From Phoronis australis (Eukaryota > Animalia > Phoronida), in the NCBI GenBank assembly GCA_002633005.1, contig NMRA01000731.1, positions 54,996 to 118,995 on the forward strand: a stretch of DNA of 64,000 nt. The letters run 5' to 3'. The notes below the pieces were generated by a model. That model did not search any database. It was given only the letters and a program-made list of their open reading frames with translations, and was not told where the DNA came from. The first letter of the stretch is position 1, and each line of letters begins with the position of its first letter. Below, piece by piece: positions 51,024-61,300 of this stretch. The position numbers were made by a program, and so were the translations under genes.

Positions 51024-51271
51024 ATAGTACATGGACCGCCAACTCCGTATACTTTCAATGGACGAAATATGTGCTCTTACAGAAGCAATGACGTCATTAT
51101 TCACTATCAACACCTGGCCAAATTTTCCGGCAAGTACGTTGTCTGCTAATCATGGTCAGCTGTTGTGTCGTCACAATACACCGGAAACTGAAACGGATAA
51201 TTTAGGATTGTGGTGCCTACTCTAGGATAGTACGCAAGAAAATGCCGGAGTTGCGAATCTGTTGTCTCTAT
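51024..51271. mobile_element. Degraded MITE with ATAG...CTAT ends (ISL2EU-like)
   Basis: atagtacatggaccgccaactccg versus reverse complement of right end atagagacaacagattcgcaactccg. Confidence 0.45.
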
Positions 51272-52588
51272 GGTTTAAGTTAGGAATAAACTTTGTTCCC
51301 AAGACCTGCAGTAAAAGCTCACCAATTTCACACAAATATAATTTGCCAAGTGGAAGACTGGTCTTTTTCATTTTTCAAACGCTCTTGACATTAGGAATGC
51401 CCAAAGTTTCTCAAAACATTGTCTGGCGGTAGCTGTGATAAAGGGTTTATTTTGTGTTACTCATACGAAACATGGAAAAATGATGTATCACTGGATGGAC
51501 AGTTTCTATTTGTGGTTATCAACTGTCTTTCACTACATAACAATTGGTTCTGGACCACTCACTCAGGCTCGAAAGGTTCAGTAACTGTAATTATTTCTTA
51601 ATTTTATTTGTCGCCATAGCATTGAAGTTTCTATTGCCTGATCAAATAGTTTTCTAAATAGCTATTTCAAGTTACAAAAACATCTTATACCCGTGTTGTA
51701 TACACGATACTTAATATTGCGGTGATTACTGAGCTGCGTTGCATGGCTGGGGGGCATGGGTAGAAAATGGCACGACTCGAATATAAAGCATTCTGCAAAT
51801 GGTATTAGAACAAGAATTTGAACACGTTTCGTTATCTAGGTATGTGTTACGTTCTTGGTTTACTGATTGCCATGTGGCGCAATATTGTTTTTACAGCTTT
51901 GCTTTGTATGTAGTTACGCACAATTAGGTCCCTATTAAGTACTGGTTGTTTACCTGGGTTTAACTGTAGGTGATGGGGGCTGATAGTGATAGATGGCTCA
52001 CAGATTTTCTGCTATCCTGGTAGGTGACCTTACCTCTCGTGCTCTGTTCACTTTCTGTGGTCATTTTACAGCCATTGATTTGATCTAATTTCGCAGCGAT
52101 TACAGAATGTCTCCTATTAATCTTTTTGCTCCAAAATCTTGTTTTGTAACTAAGAACATCTGTAGATGTTAAACTGAACTTAATTCGCAGGGGTTGGAAG
52201 TAAACACTGAAATAAAATTTTTAAGGAATCTTTATGAATAAAAGATTTTATATGAAATTGAATGATGTGACCCAGACATTAACGTCAACAATAGACTCAT
52301 ATTGGTAAATCAAACAATTATTTGTTATTGTAGTGGAGAAATGGGGGGTTTAATTTTCCTTAGTTTCGGTCAATAGTGGAAATTCTGTTATTTCTGGAAA
52401 TTGTTAATGAATACAACCGTTATTTTTGCTGTGTTATTAGGTAATGTGTGCAGAGCACAAGAAAACAGTGCACGAGTCATTATGTGTATATCGATAACTT
52501 TGAAAACTTGAGTTTTTATCTGTAATACATTTTTGAGCTCCGTAATAGTAGTTTTGACTTTGTATTTTTGTACAGTTAACTGAATATA

Positions 52589-52746
52589 CCGTACTTGTCT
52601 GGGTTGCCGCCCATGCTTGGCTTACCGCCCACCCCCGAAATTTTCAATTTTTCAATTTTAAGCGCCCATGCTCTGCTTACCGCCCACCCCCTGTTTTTTT
52701 AGTTTCCCAATTTAAGCACCTTGGGCGGTAACCCGGACGAGTACGG
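52589..52746. mobile_element. 158-bp Tc2/pogo-type MITE with TA TSD
   Basis: ta|ccgtacttgtctgggttgccgccca ... tgggcggtaacccggacgagtacgg|ta (25-bp TIR, 3 mismatches); internal direct repeat cgcccatgct..gcttaccgcccacccc. Confidence 0.9.
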
Positions 52747-54031
52747 TAGTTCAGTGGGGGTTTTCTAAAGGGCCTTTCATACTACCGCTGACGCGTCGAT
52801 GTTTTGGGGAATTGCGGTCAGCATGAGTGGTTAACTTCGGTGCAGGACCAAAGTTAACAGCGCCTGTTAACTTTGCAGTAAACAGGCGGATTTAACAGCG
52901 GAGCATCGATGCTGCGGTGCACTATGAACGGTCAACTTCAGTCCCATCGAAGTTATTGCCAGGGGCCACTGTTATTGTTAACAACTGAAGGGCAGTGTCG
53001 TCGCTAATAGTTCCTTATATTTTGCTCCAATAATCACCAGTCGAATTAAAAATAAGTGTCATGTCAATTAGCACATGTAAATGTTCCCAAATTGTCACAT
53101 CAAAAAGAATCTTAGCATGCAGTGCTAACTTGCGATTACGTCAATGACAACAGCGTCACCTAATCTTTACTTCGATGTCCTATATACTGAAGCTGGTATG
53201 AACGGTTTAGTTAACCTCGCAGTTTACGTTGATGCTCTGCTCAGACCACTGTTAAGATTATTGCGCTTCATAAACTGATAGATTTTAAATTAGTTTAATT
53301 TCCAACACTCATTAAGCACTCATCTGCACTGGTTTATTTGTGCAATTCTGAGAGAGGGTGGGCTTGAGTGTGCGTTTTTACTTTTGAAAAAACACTTATG
53401 CATTTTCGAACGCTTCCACTTAAATTGTAAGGTAATCATATTTACCTCCTCAGAGCAAGCACATTAAACACCGTCTTCATTGCCATCTTTTAATTCTTTG
53501 TTTTGGTTCATGTTTTGGGGTGAATCCTTTTGTGTTTCGTAATCGGTTATCCTTCATCCTAATTACACATTACAGGCCCGAGTGGAGTCCATTACTTCAG
53601 TGAGAAAGATGGGTCAGAACCAATTAGTTGATTTGTTTCATTGCGATTTTGGTTTAACCTTAACTTTGGTTTAGCCTTATCATTGTAGCTGCAAGATACT
53701 CTAAGATTATGGTGAAAGATTACCCCTCATATAAATTCACGACACTGTCAGCCACCCTGTGTGAGTGGTCTTGGTGACCTGAGTAGCTCATGTTCTGAAG
53801 TTGCTGGGTATTGTAATCAGTTTTTGCTGATTGATATCCGGGGGTTTGGTCATAGCGGGTTCAAGAACGGGTCACATTGAAGTTGTCAAGTTGTCGTCCA
53901 TGGTTCACAGCACTCCAGCTGCTAATGTACCCCATATACCAGTGGCCTTTGTGTTGTTTAGGAGCAGCATTACTGCTACTTGAAGTGTGATTAGTTTAGA
54001 TGCGAATCTATTTTAAAAGATTAGTTTTTAA

Positions 54032-54291
54032 CATGCCCGCACCCAGGGAGGGCTCAGGGGCTCGAACGAGCCCCCTCATTTGGAGAAGTGAGCAAAAAAT
54101 GTCCGCCCAAGAGAAACAAAAACTCCTAAAAAAGTAGAAAGCGAGACAAAAGTCCATTGAAAAGGCATGAACTACCAAAATTCAGCGAATGCACAATTCA
54201 TAGCTCTGAACGTATCCCATGAATCTTAGTTAAAGGTCCACATTCTCAAAAATTCAAGCCTTCCCATTTTTTTAGGCTGCATGCACGCATG
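54032..54291 (-). mobile_element. Second copy of the CATG-ended MITE, perfect 5-bp TSD tttaa
   Basis: tttaa|catgcccgcacccag ... gcatgcacgcatg|tttaa; colinear reverse complement of 16188-16445. Confidence 0.88.
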
Positions 54292-56379
54292 TTTAAGTAT
54301 TGTTCAGAGATGCAGTTGTCAGTTTTCTGATTCAGAACAAAAATAAATGTAAAGGCAACCACTCTGTGCCCAAATTGTGAGGGCCAGAATCCTGTTGCCA
54401 AGTTGCAATATGTCATTTTTATAGCAAATCACCAGTCAGGAGAGATTGGAATCTGCTGGTATCCCTCCAGCAGGAACTATGGTAGTCTAACAGGTCATTG
54501 GATGACCTCATGCACTGTCATTGGTAGCCTGTGTATGGCCACCTGGCAACTTGCCAGATCATGGGAATATTAGGTGAAATTCTGTAAATTAATGTCATTT
54601 ACTCTTCCATTGCCAGTTGTTTACCAAAAAGCACCGTTAATATTTGTTTAAACAGTCTCAGGTGAGTGGCACTGAACACAGGATTCACATATGTATGTTT
54701 TCAAATTGATTCACTGAACTCCCTTCGTGAGCCCTTCGTGTCTAGCCTGTGGTTTGTCTGCATCTCTAAATAGCTGTCTGTGGCCTCATTGGGTCAATCT
54801 GACCTCATCACTGGACTGTTCCCTGAATTTTATGGAGGTATTACAGAAAAGTTCTTCTAATAGGAATGATGCAGATATTGCATAGAGATATTTCATTGAT
54901 TAGCAAATTAATCAAAAGGTCATACTTGCTCTGGGAGGACAGGCCTTATAAAATTGTTTTTCAGTTTTGATTTAACCTACGAATAATATAAGGAGGTATT
55001 TTCAAAGGAGTCCGCTGATTTTCAAGTATTTGCATAACTCTGTTGCTATTTAAAGTTCACTTGCTTAAAACAGTTGTTAAGGTCAAAATTTAAAGCCATC
55101 CCTTTTGCTGTGTTGTCATGTGTCAATGAAGGCAAAAGTACACTGTTGAAATTTTCTGAACACGGTTTCATACAAATGTCCAAGAGGAACAATTTGCAGT
55201 AGTTATTACATGTTTATGCAACTATGTCACAACATAGACAGAGCTGGAATGCACGTAGACATATTTGTCAGTGAACTTCTGGCAACCTTTCGAGCATTTT
55301 TTTTGGGTCTCAGAGTTCAAAGTAACGTCCTTATCGTGCGTGCGCCCATGCAGTTGTGTAACTGGGTAAATTGTTGCTTGGTGAATTAAACTAAGCCAGA
55401 TGTCAACATGGTGATGTGCTGGCTGGTTGAACTACTGGAGGTGAACTGTGCCAGTGGCGATCCTGTGATGAGATAATGCTACATAGTCCACACTTCTCAT
55501 CTGGCCCCTCCAGTGGTAAGTTATTGTTGAATATAGAGAATTTATCAACATTAGCTTTCCCTGTAAATAATTGTAGATAAGGCCTTTTGTAGTTGTAGGG
55601 TCTAATAAAGGACATTATGTGTATACTATCTAGTTATTAGTATTGACATTTGTCTTGCTATATTGAATGGCTTTCTCACTAGTGAGTCAGAGAGTAGGCT
55701 TGTCATTGACGGGGATCTCCAGGAGACAAGATAGAGACACAAAGTTGTTGTCTAGCTTATTAGTTCCCAAAGTTGTCTCATTGAAGCTCTGGGGGTATTT
55801 GACCCAAATCCATTTTTCATCCACCCGCATATCCATATGTGTTCACAAGGCCATCACCTTTGTCCATCGTATGCCAGACTGTGTGCCATACCTGCATATT
55901 GAATGCAAAATTATTATGCAGAAGGTCATGTGGAAATTTGGCTTGTAGTGCGCAATAATAAAAGTTGTGTAACTGTTGTTTTCTTGCGCACATGGTAGTT
56001 AAGACACTGACACTGACTTTGGAGCACATCGAGCTGTTGGCATCGATCAAGCTTTATTGACGGCCATTAGGGTGGGCTACGTGTTAATAGACGTTTTCAA
56101 TGAACAGTCATTCCAAACTTTTGTGGAATGGTTAAGAACATGTCGTCTGTCGTGTGAAACCCTGTCCAGTGCACTGATTCATTAGCACCTTTTTGCATAT
56201 GTTTTAGCTTTAAGAAGTGAGCCGCATAAGTTTTGAAGCAAGAACTCTTCTTTATTGTATGTTTCATCAGATAATAGTGGCAGGTAATTATGTAACTTCA
56301 ATAAAGAGCAATTCCATTTATTAGCTTGATCTTTTCACTAAGTGCAAGCTCAGTCCACCAACTAAACTCTTTTACACGC

Positions 56380-57330
56380 ATTAAATTGTTTCAAAAGTTT
56401 GGCATCTTCAAGGCGATGTGAGATTTTGACCAGTTTTCCCAACAAAATCTGAGGTCGCATTGGCAAGCTACATGTTGCCAAATTGAGCCTCGCTTTAATG
56501 CCACTGCATCTTCGGGGGTTCTTTGACAGGTTTTGTGAAATTTGGCAAATGGGCATCTATTAAGAAAATGACAGTGGCTCTCCTGTTTTGGAATAGATAT
56601 GACATCTGTTTGCCACCTAGTGGCCAATTTCACTATTTCCGAGTCTTTTTTGGCATCCGCCTCTTTATCCCAAAACCCATCAAAGAATCGAGAATCATAA
56701 AAGTTGACGAATGTAATCTTACTGAGAAGAGCATGGCTGACATTAATTTTCAGACTGGTCTGACTACCTTGGCGCTTCTTTGTGGCAAAGTTATTTTTCT
56801 TGTATTCGCGGCTGTATCTCCAAATCCTTGCAGAAACTTTGTGAAATTTTGCAAGTGAATGTGACAACAGGTGATGATGGCTTTCTTGTGGATGCAACTA
56901 CTGCAGAGTGTGCCCCTTGTGGAAATTTTAGTCTTAATACATCTTTCTCTGTAGCTTCAGAGTTCTGACATATTATCACGAAATGTGGTAAACCTAACGC
57001 ATCTACTAAGGAAATCATGATGTTGCTTTTTGTTTTCGGAATGATTTGATATATTCTTTGCCACATAGTGGCTTTTTTATTGTTTTTGAGGTTTTGGCGA
57101 TAGTGTCTTCCTATGAGCCTGACAATGAATTCCAACTTCTTTGGGACAGATGCGACTACTACTATACCTCCTAGTGGCAATTTTAATTTTTATGTTTGTT
57201 TCCGTCTGTATCTTCAGAGTTTGTTGATGAATTTTTGTGGAATTTGCAAATAGGGCTCTCTTAGGAGATGACGATGCCTTCCCATTTGTGGACAGGATTG
57301 ACATATTCTGCGCCATCTAGTGTCCATTCT
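56380..57330 (+). mobile_element. Helentron-associated (HINE/DINE-like) element fragment
   Basis: Subrepeats with ttttgtgaaatttggc, gccacctagtggcc, tttttggcatccgc, gctgtatctcc as in the 35.7 and 40 kb copies. Confidence 0.68.
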
Positions 57331-57409
57331 TATGATACATAAATACCACTTTTAAAGAAGCCTACCGTTGTTGTAGTTGTGCTGCTCCTGGTTTTCATTA
57401 GGCAAATTC

Positions 57410-57470
57410 ACCCGGGTGAGAATTTTACACGTTTGACATGCTCAAAAGCATGTAAAATTCTCACCCGGGT
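57410..57470. mobile_element. 61-bp hairpin mini-element
   Basis: acccgggtgagaattttaca ... tgtaaaattctcacccgggt, 20-bp perfect arms; same terminus as the end of the 59480-59878 array. Confidence 0.85.
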
Positions 57471-59479
57471 AACGCTAACAGAATATGCAGGCGAGTAGAG
57501 GGGAAGGCTTGTATTGTTTACCCTGGAGTGGCCAGCGAAGTCCTTGGCACATCAAAGGCTTGATAGCTCCATCACAGATTAAAGTGAGCTAGTCGCTGGG
57601 CTTGGCTGAACGTGTTGGATGCCAGATAACTATGGTCGTAAACCAACATGCCTGTTTAGCGTACAAGTTTCGAAGTTTAAAATTTAGAAATAAGTAAGGA
57701 AACGACCAACATCAGTGTTGAAAAATAAATAGTAGCCGTCTGTGAATTTTTAAAATCTATGCATTATAAGAGAAATTAGCAAATAGAATTTCTTCAGCAT
57801 CGAAGCTAAACTACGAGCATTAATTTGCGAATCCATTAGGACGGGTTGTCGCTTGTAGACGGTGTGGTTAAATCCCAAATGTTAGCGTAGGAGTCTCGCC
57901 TAAAATGATTCCTGGGTGGGCTGTTCACAAGTGACCTCACTCATTGCTCTCTGGTATTTTTGTTCTGCATTTTAAAATGAAACAGCAAGGAGATGGAACC
58001 TTTTTTACCCCATTACTATCTAATCGATGAAAACAACAATTAAAACAAAGCTTCTGTTCAGAAGTGAAGGAGACCAGTAGGTGTGAGTCACATGTTTACT
58101 TATTCACAGTTGAACCATGCAGCCAACTGGCCAGGTCTTTTGTGACATGTTTGCTGTTAATGAAGTTGAGTGTAACCAAATCAATTAGTGTGCAGTCATC
58201 TCTCCAGCTTCAAACTAAAAGCATGGAAGTTCATTGCATGCAAGCAAATGTAAACCCAAGGCTCGTTGTACGGGATTTGGTGCTTGTATTGTGTATTTTT
58301 TACTTTTCAGTATTATTTGTACTACATGTATGGTCTATCTTTTGTTATTACCTTTAGTAACTTGGGGATCCTTTCATGAAAATTTAGTCAACGAATTCAG
58401 TCTTTGGTCTAATTTAAGCAATATTTTGCCCTTAAAACGTGAGTCATAAGACTACCTTCATTAGCATTAGGATGGAATTAATAGTAGATCCATAAAATTA
58501 CATATTTTTTAAATCTTTGAAGATTGCAAAATGTTATTACGTGCACAAAAGCAATTTCCAGATGTGTAACCACATGATAGTAAGTTATGTTTGCTTCAAA
58601 AACATTTCAGTGACTCTCGTTTCTTTCAAAGAATGTTGACATCTTCATTTTTTATATGGAAGTTCTTGAGCTAGAATGCATTTTAAAAGCCCTTGAGATA
58701 CACCTTTGCAGCTAATGAAAAAAGTAAAAGAATTCTCAAGTTTATGCAACTAATTCAAGTTTATGAAAATAACTGCAATCTCCAGGTAAATAGAGATTCT
58801 TTAGAAGAGACAGTCACGTGATTACGGTACAAAGACCTAGGTTGTATTTTTGTGCGTATAGTAAGATTCTGTGATCACTAATTACTTTAAAAATGTAGTT
58901 TTTATGGGTTTACTATTAATACTCAAAAACTTATTTGAGAAATTCAGTCCTTGGTAACCAAGGTAATGAATTATCTTAAGACCAAAATTTAGGCTAGATT
59001 GAGGTTTAGGACAGAAAATTTTTTAAAAATCATTAAAAGATACTGAAAATTTATATGCCGTAGTAATGCAAAATGATGGTTGTGGTGTGATCTGAGGGAC
59101 TTGAGGGATTATAAATTTATTGGACACTATTATCACCAGTTTGTGCAGGCTAGTCCATCAAAGGAGCAAAAATGTGAAAACACTAATGTCTTGGATCACT
59201 AGGCTAGTCTTTAAGGTGTTAGCTCAGTCAGTGTATGAACGTGAAATTGCCTGTCACATGCCAAACAAAAATTTGCAATTTACTTGATAAACTCAGGAAT
59301 TTTGACTGCCCCGAATACACGGAATCAGCTGTGTCATAGCGAAATTGCATCAAGTTTTAGCCATAAGACAGATCGTGACCATATTAATTTATGGTTTCGC
59401 CACCTGTTATGGTTTACGGAAATGGAATGAAGACAGATTGGACTCGCCAAATTTTGTTTTGCTTAAGTTGAGACCAAAN

Positions 59480-59878
59480 CGTGTCAAAATTTTACACGTT
59501 TGACACGCTAGCGTGTAAAATTTTACACGTTTGACACCGTAGCGTGTCACATTTTACACGTTTGACACGCTAACGTGGCAAACTTTACACGTTTGACACG
59601 CTAACGTGGCAAACTTTACACGTTTGACACGCTAGCGTGTCAAATTTTACACGTTTGACACGCTAGCGTGGCAAATTTTACACGTTTGACACGCAAACGT
59701 GGCAAATTTTACACGTTTGACACGCTAACGTGGCAAATTTTACACGTTTGACACGCTAGCGTGTCATGTTTTTACACGTTTTACACATTAACGTGGCAAT
59801 TTTGACACGTATTACACGTTTTTCTACACGTTTGACACGCTCAAAAGCGTGTCAAACGTGTAAAATTCTCACCCGGGT
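59480..59878. repeat. 32-bp minisatellite (~11 copies) ending in an inverted unit plus the acccgggtgag terminus; truncated on the left by the N at 59479
   Basis: Unit gtg(t/g)caaattttacacgtttgacacgcta(g/a)c; ends gcgtgtcaaacgtgtaaaattctcacccgggt. Confidence 0.95.
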
Positions 59879-60911
59879 TACTCCATGGCTTTTGTATGAT
59901 TTTGTACTCTGTTGTAAAGTGTCATTGATATCATGTTGTTGGGACACATCAGGCCAAAAAAGCACAGTTGGTTCTCTGGTCTGTGCCCTAACTCATGTTG
60001 AGACCAGTCACACTCACTAAAAAATAAAAAAGCTCCTGCTCATATTAAATTCAGTCAAGGTTTTTTGAAGCTGCTCAATGGCAGGTAGCAAGGGTTAGCA
60101 AGGTTTGAAACGCCATGATTAGCCTAACGATGCATAATTACCTGCAAAGGATGCACAACAGTAAAGGCTTGCTTTCAAATGTGGAAACAAACTTAAATTA
60201 ATGTTAAGTTGCGGTAGCTGTTGTGTCCTACATGTAGCTTCTGCGGTGATGTTGTTGCAAACGACTCGTACAATTAGACCTCGTTCAGTTGTGCCAGAAC
60301 AAGTTTATAAAAAATCCATCTTTCGCCCCAGTTTTGAAAACCAATTACCTACATGGTTTTGTCCTTCCAAAGTGGCAGACAGGCATGAAACTGCATTAAA
60401 AACAAGTTTTTTCCATATATGGCATTATGCAGATTGACTAGTGCCACATGAGAGAGCAGAACAACAAGGTTACGACTGCCTAACAATGCTATGACCCGGC
60501 AATGAATAGGAAACGTTGGTGTCCGTTTAGGTTGTTTGGGCTAAAAAACATGCAAAAGAGAATTTTAACAATTGCGACATCATTTCCGTGATTGTTGTCA
60601 CCAATGGCAATGGCCTGACTGCTGCTAGCCCTCCCCCACCTAAAACTTTTTAGAATTGATTTAAAAACCCTCAAATACTTTTGCTCATTTCAGTTTTTAT
60701 TTTTTGAAAAAATAAGCAACTAAAGATACTGCATTTAAAAAATCCAGAATCAAGCATGCTTTTTTGGCCTAATAAGTCACTTTCTTTTTTGGCCTAATAA
60801 TACATCACTGGAATGGCAGATGGCACTTTTTCATTTGCTTGAAATCATGGTGGTCATATTGTCATTGAGTTCATTTAATGTTATATGATGGTGTGACCCA
60901 CAAGCCGAAGT

Positions 60912-61300
60912 ATAGACCTAACTGACGCGGCAGACATTAAAATCCAAAGCGAGGCTCACTGCGATAAACAAAGCGGAAATTTACATTGCGTGAGTTAAAT
61001 GGCCGGTCTTTCGAGTCCAACCTGGATATTAAATCTTAAAATGTGTCGATAATTAACCACAGAGACGTAGAAAAATACATTAGAGAACAAGTCAATTCAC
61101 CAAAGAGTTGTCTGACGATGGAGTATAAGTTTTTTTTTCGGAAAACTATGTTCGAAACCTGAAAAGTAAATATGACCAAACTGCGATGATCCTCACGTTA
61201 TTGTTACGGCCCCATGCTGAATGCAGGGTTACGTTTCTTCTCGTCAATTGTTGATAAAAGTGCTTTCTACGTGAACCAGATCATCTGCTTGTATTTTTGA
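60912..61300 (+). mobile_element. Possible ISL2EU-type transposon end with decayed coding remnant
   Basis: Begins at|agacctaactgacgcggc; downstream broken reading SIINHRDVEKYIREQVNSPKS..YKFF.ENYVRNLK resembles N-termini of SWIM/YqaJ-type transposon proteins (recognition by eye only); other end not found. Confidence 0.35.

Noticed and set aside
56362-57316. Cluster of overlapping ORFs up to 168 aa
   Set aside because: Lies within Helentron-like subrepeats; no recognisable domain; ORFs on both strands.
59480-59878. CRISPR-like appearance of the 32-bp partly palindromic repeats
   Set aside because: Units are head-to-tail with no unique spacers, no cas genes, eukaryotic context; it is a minisatellite.
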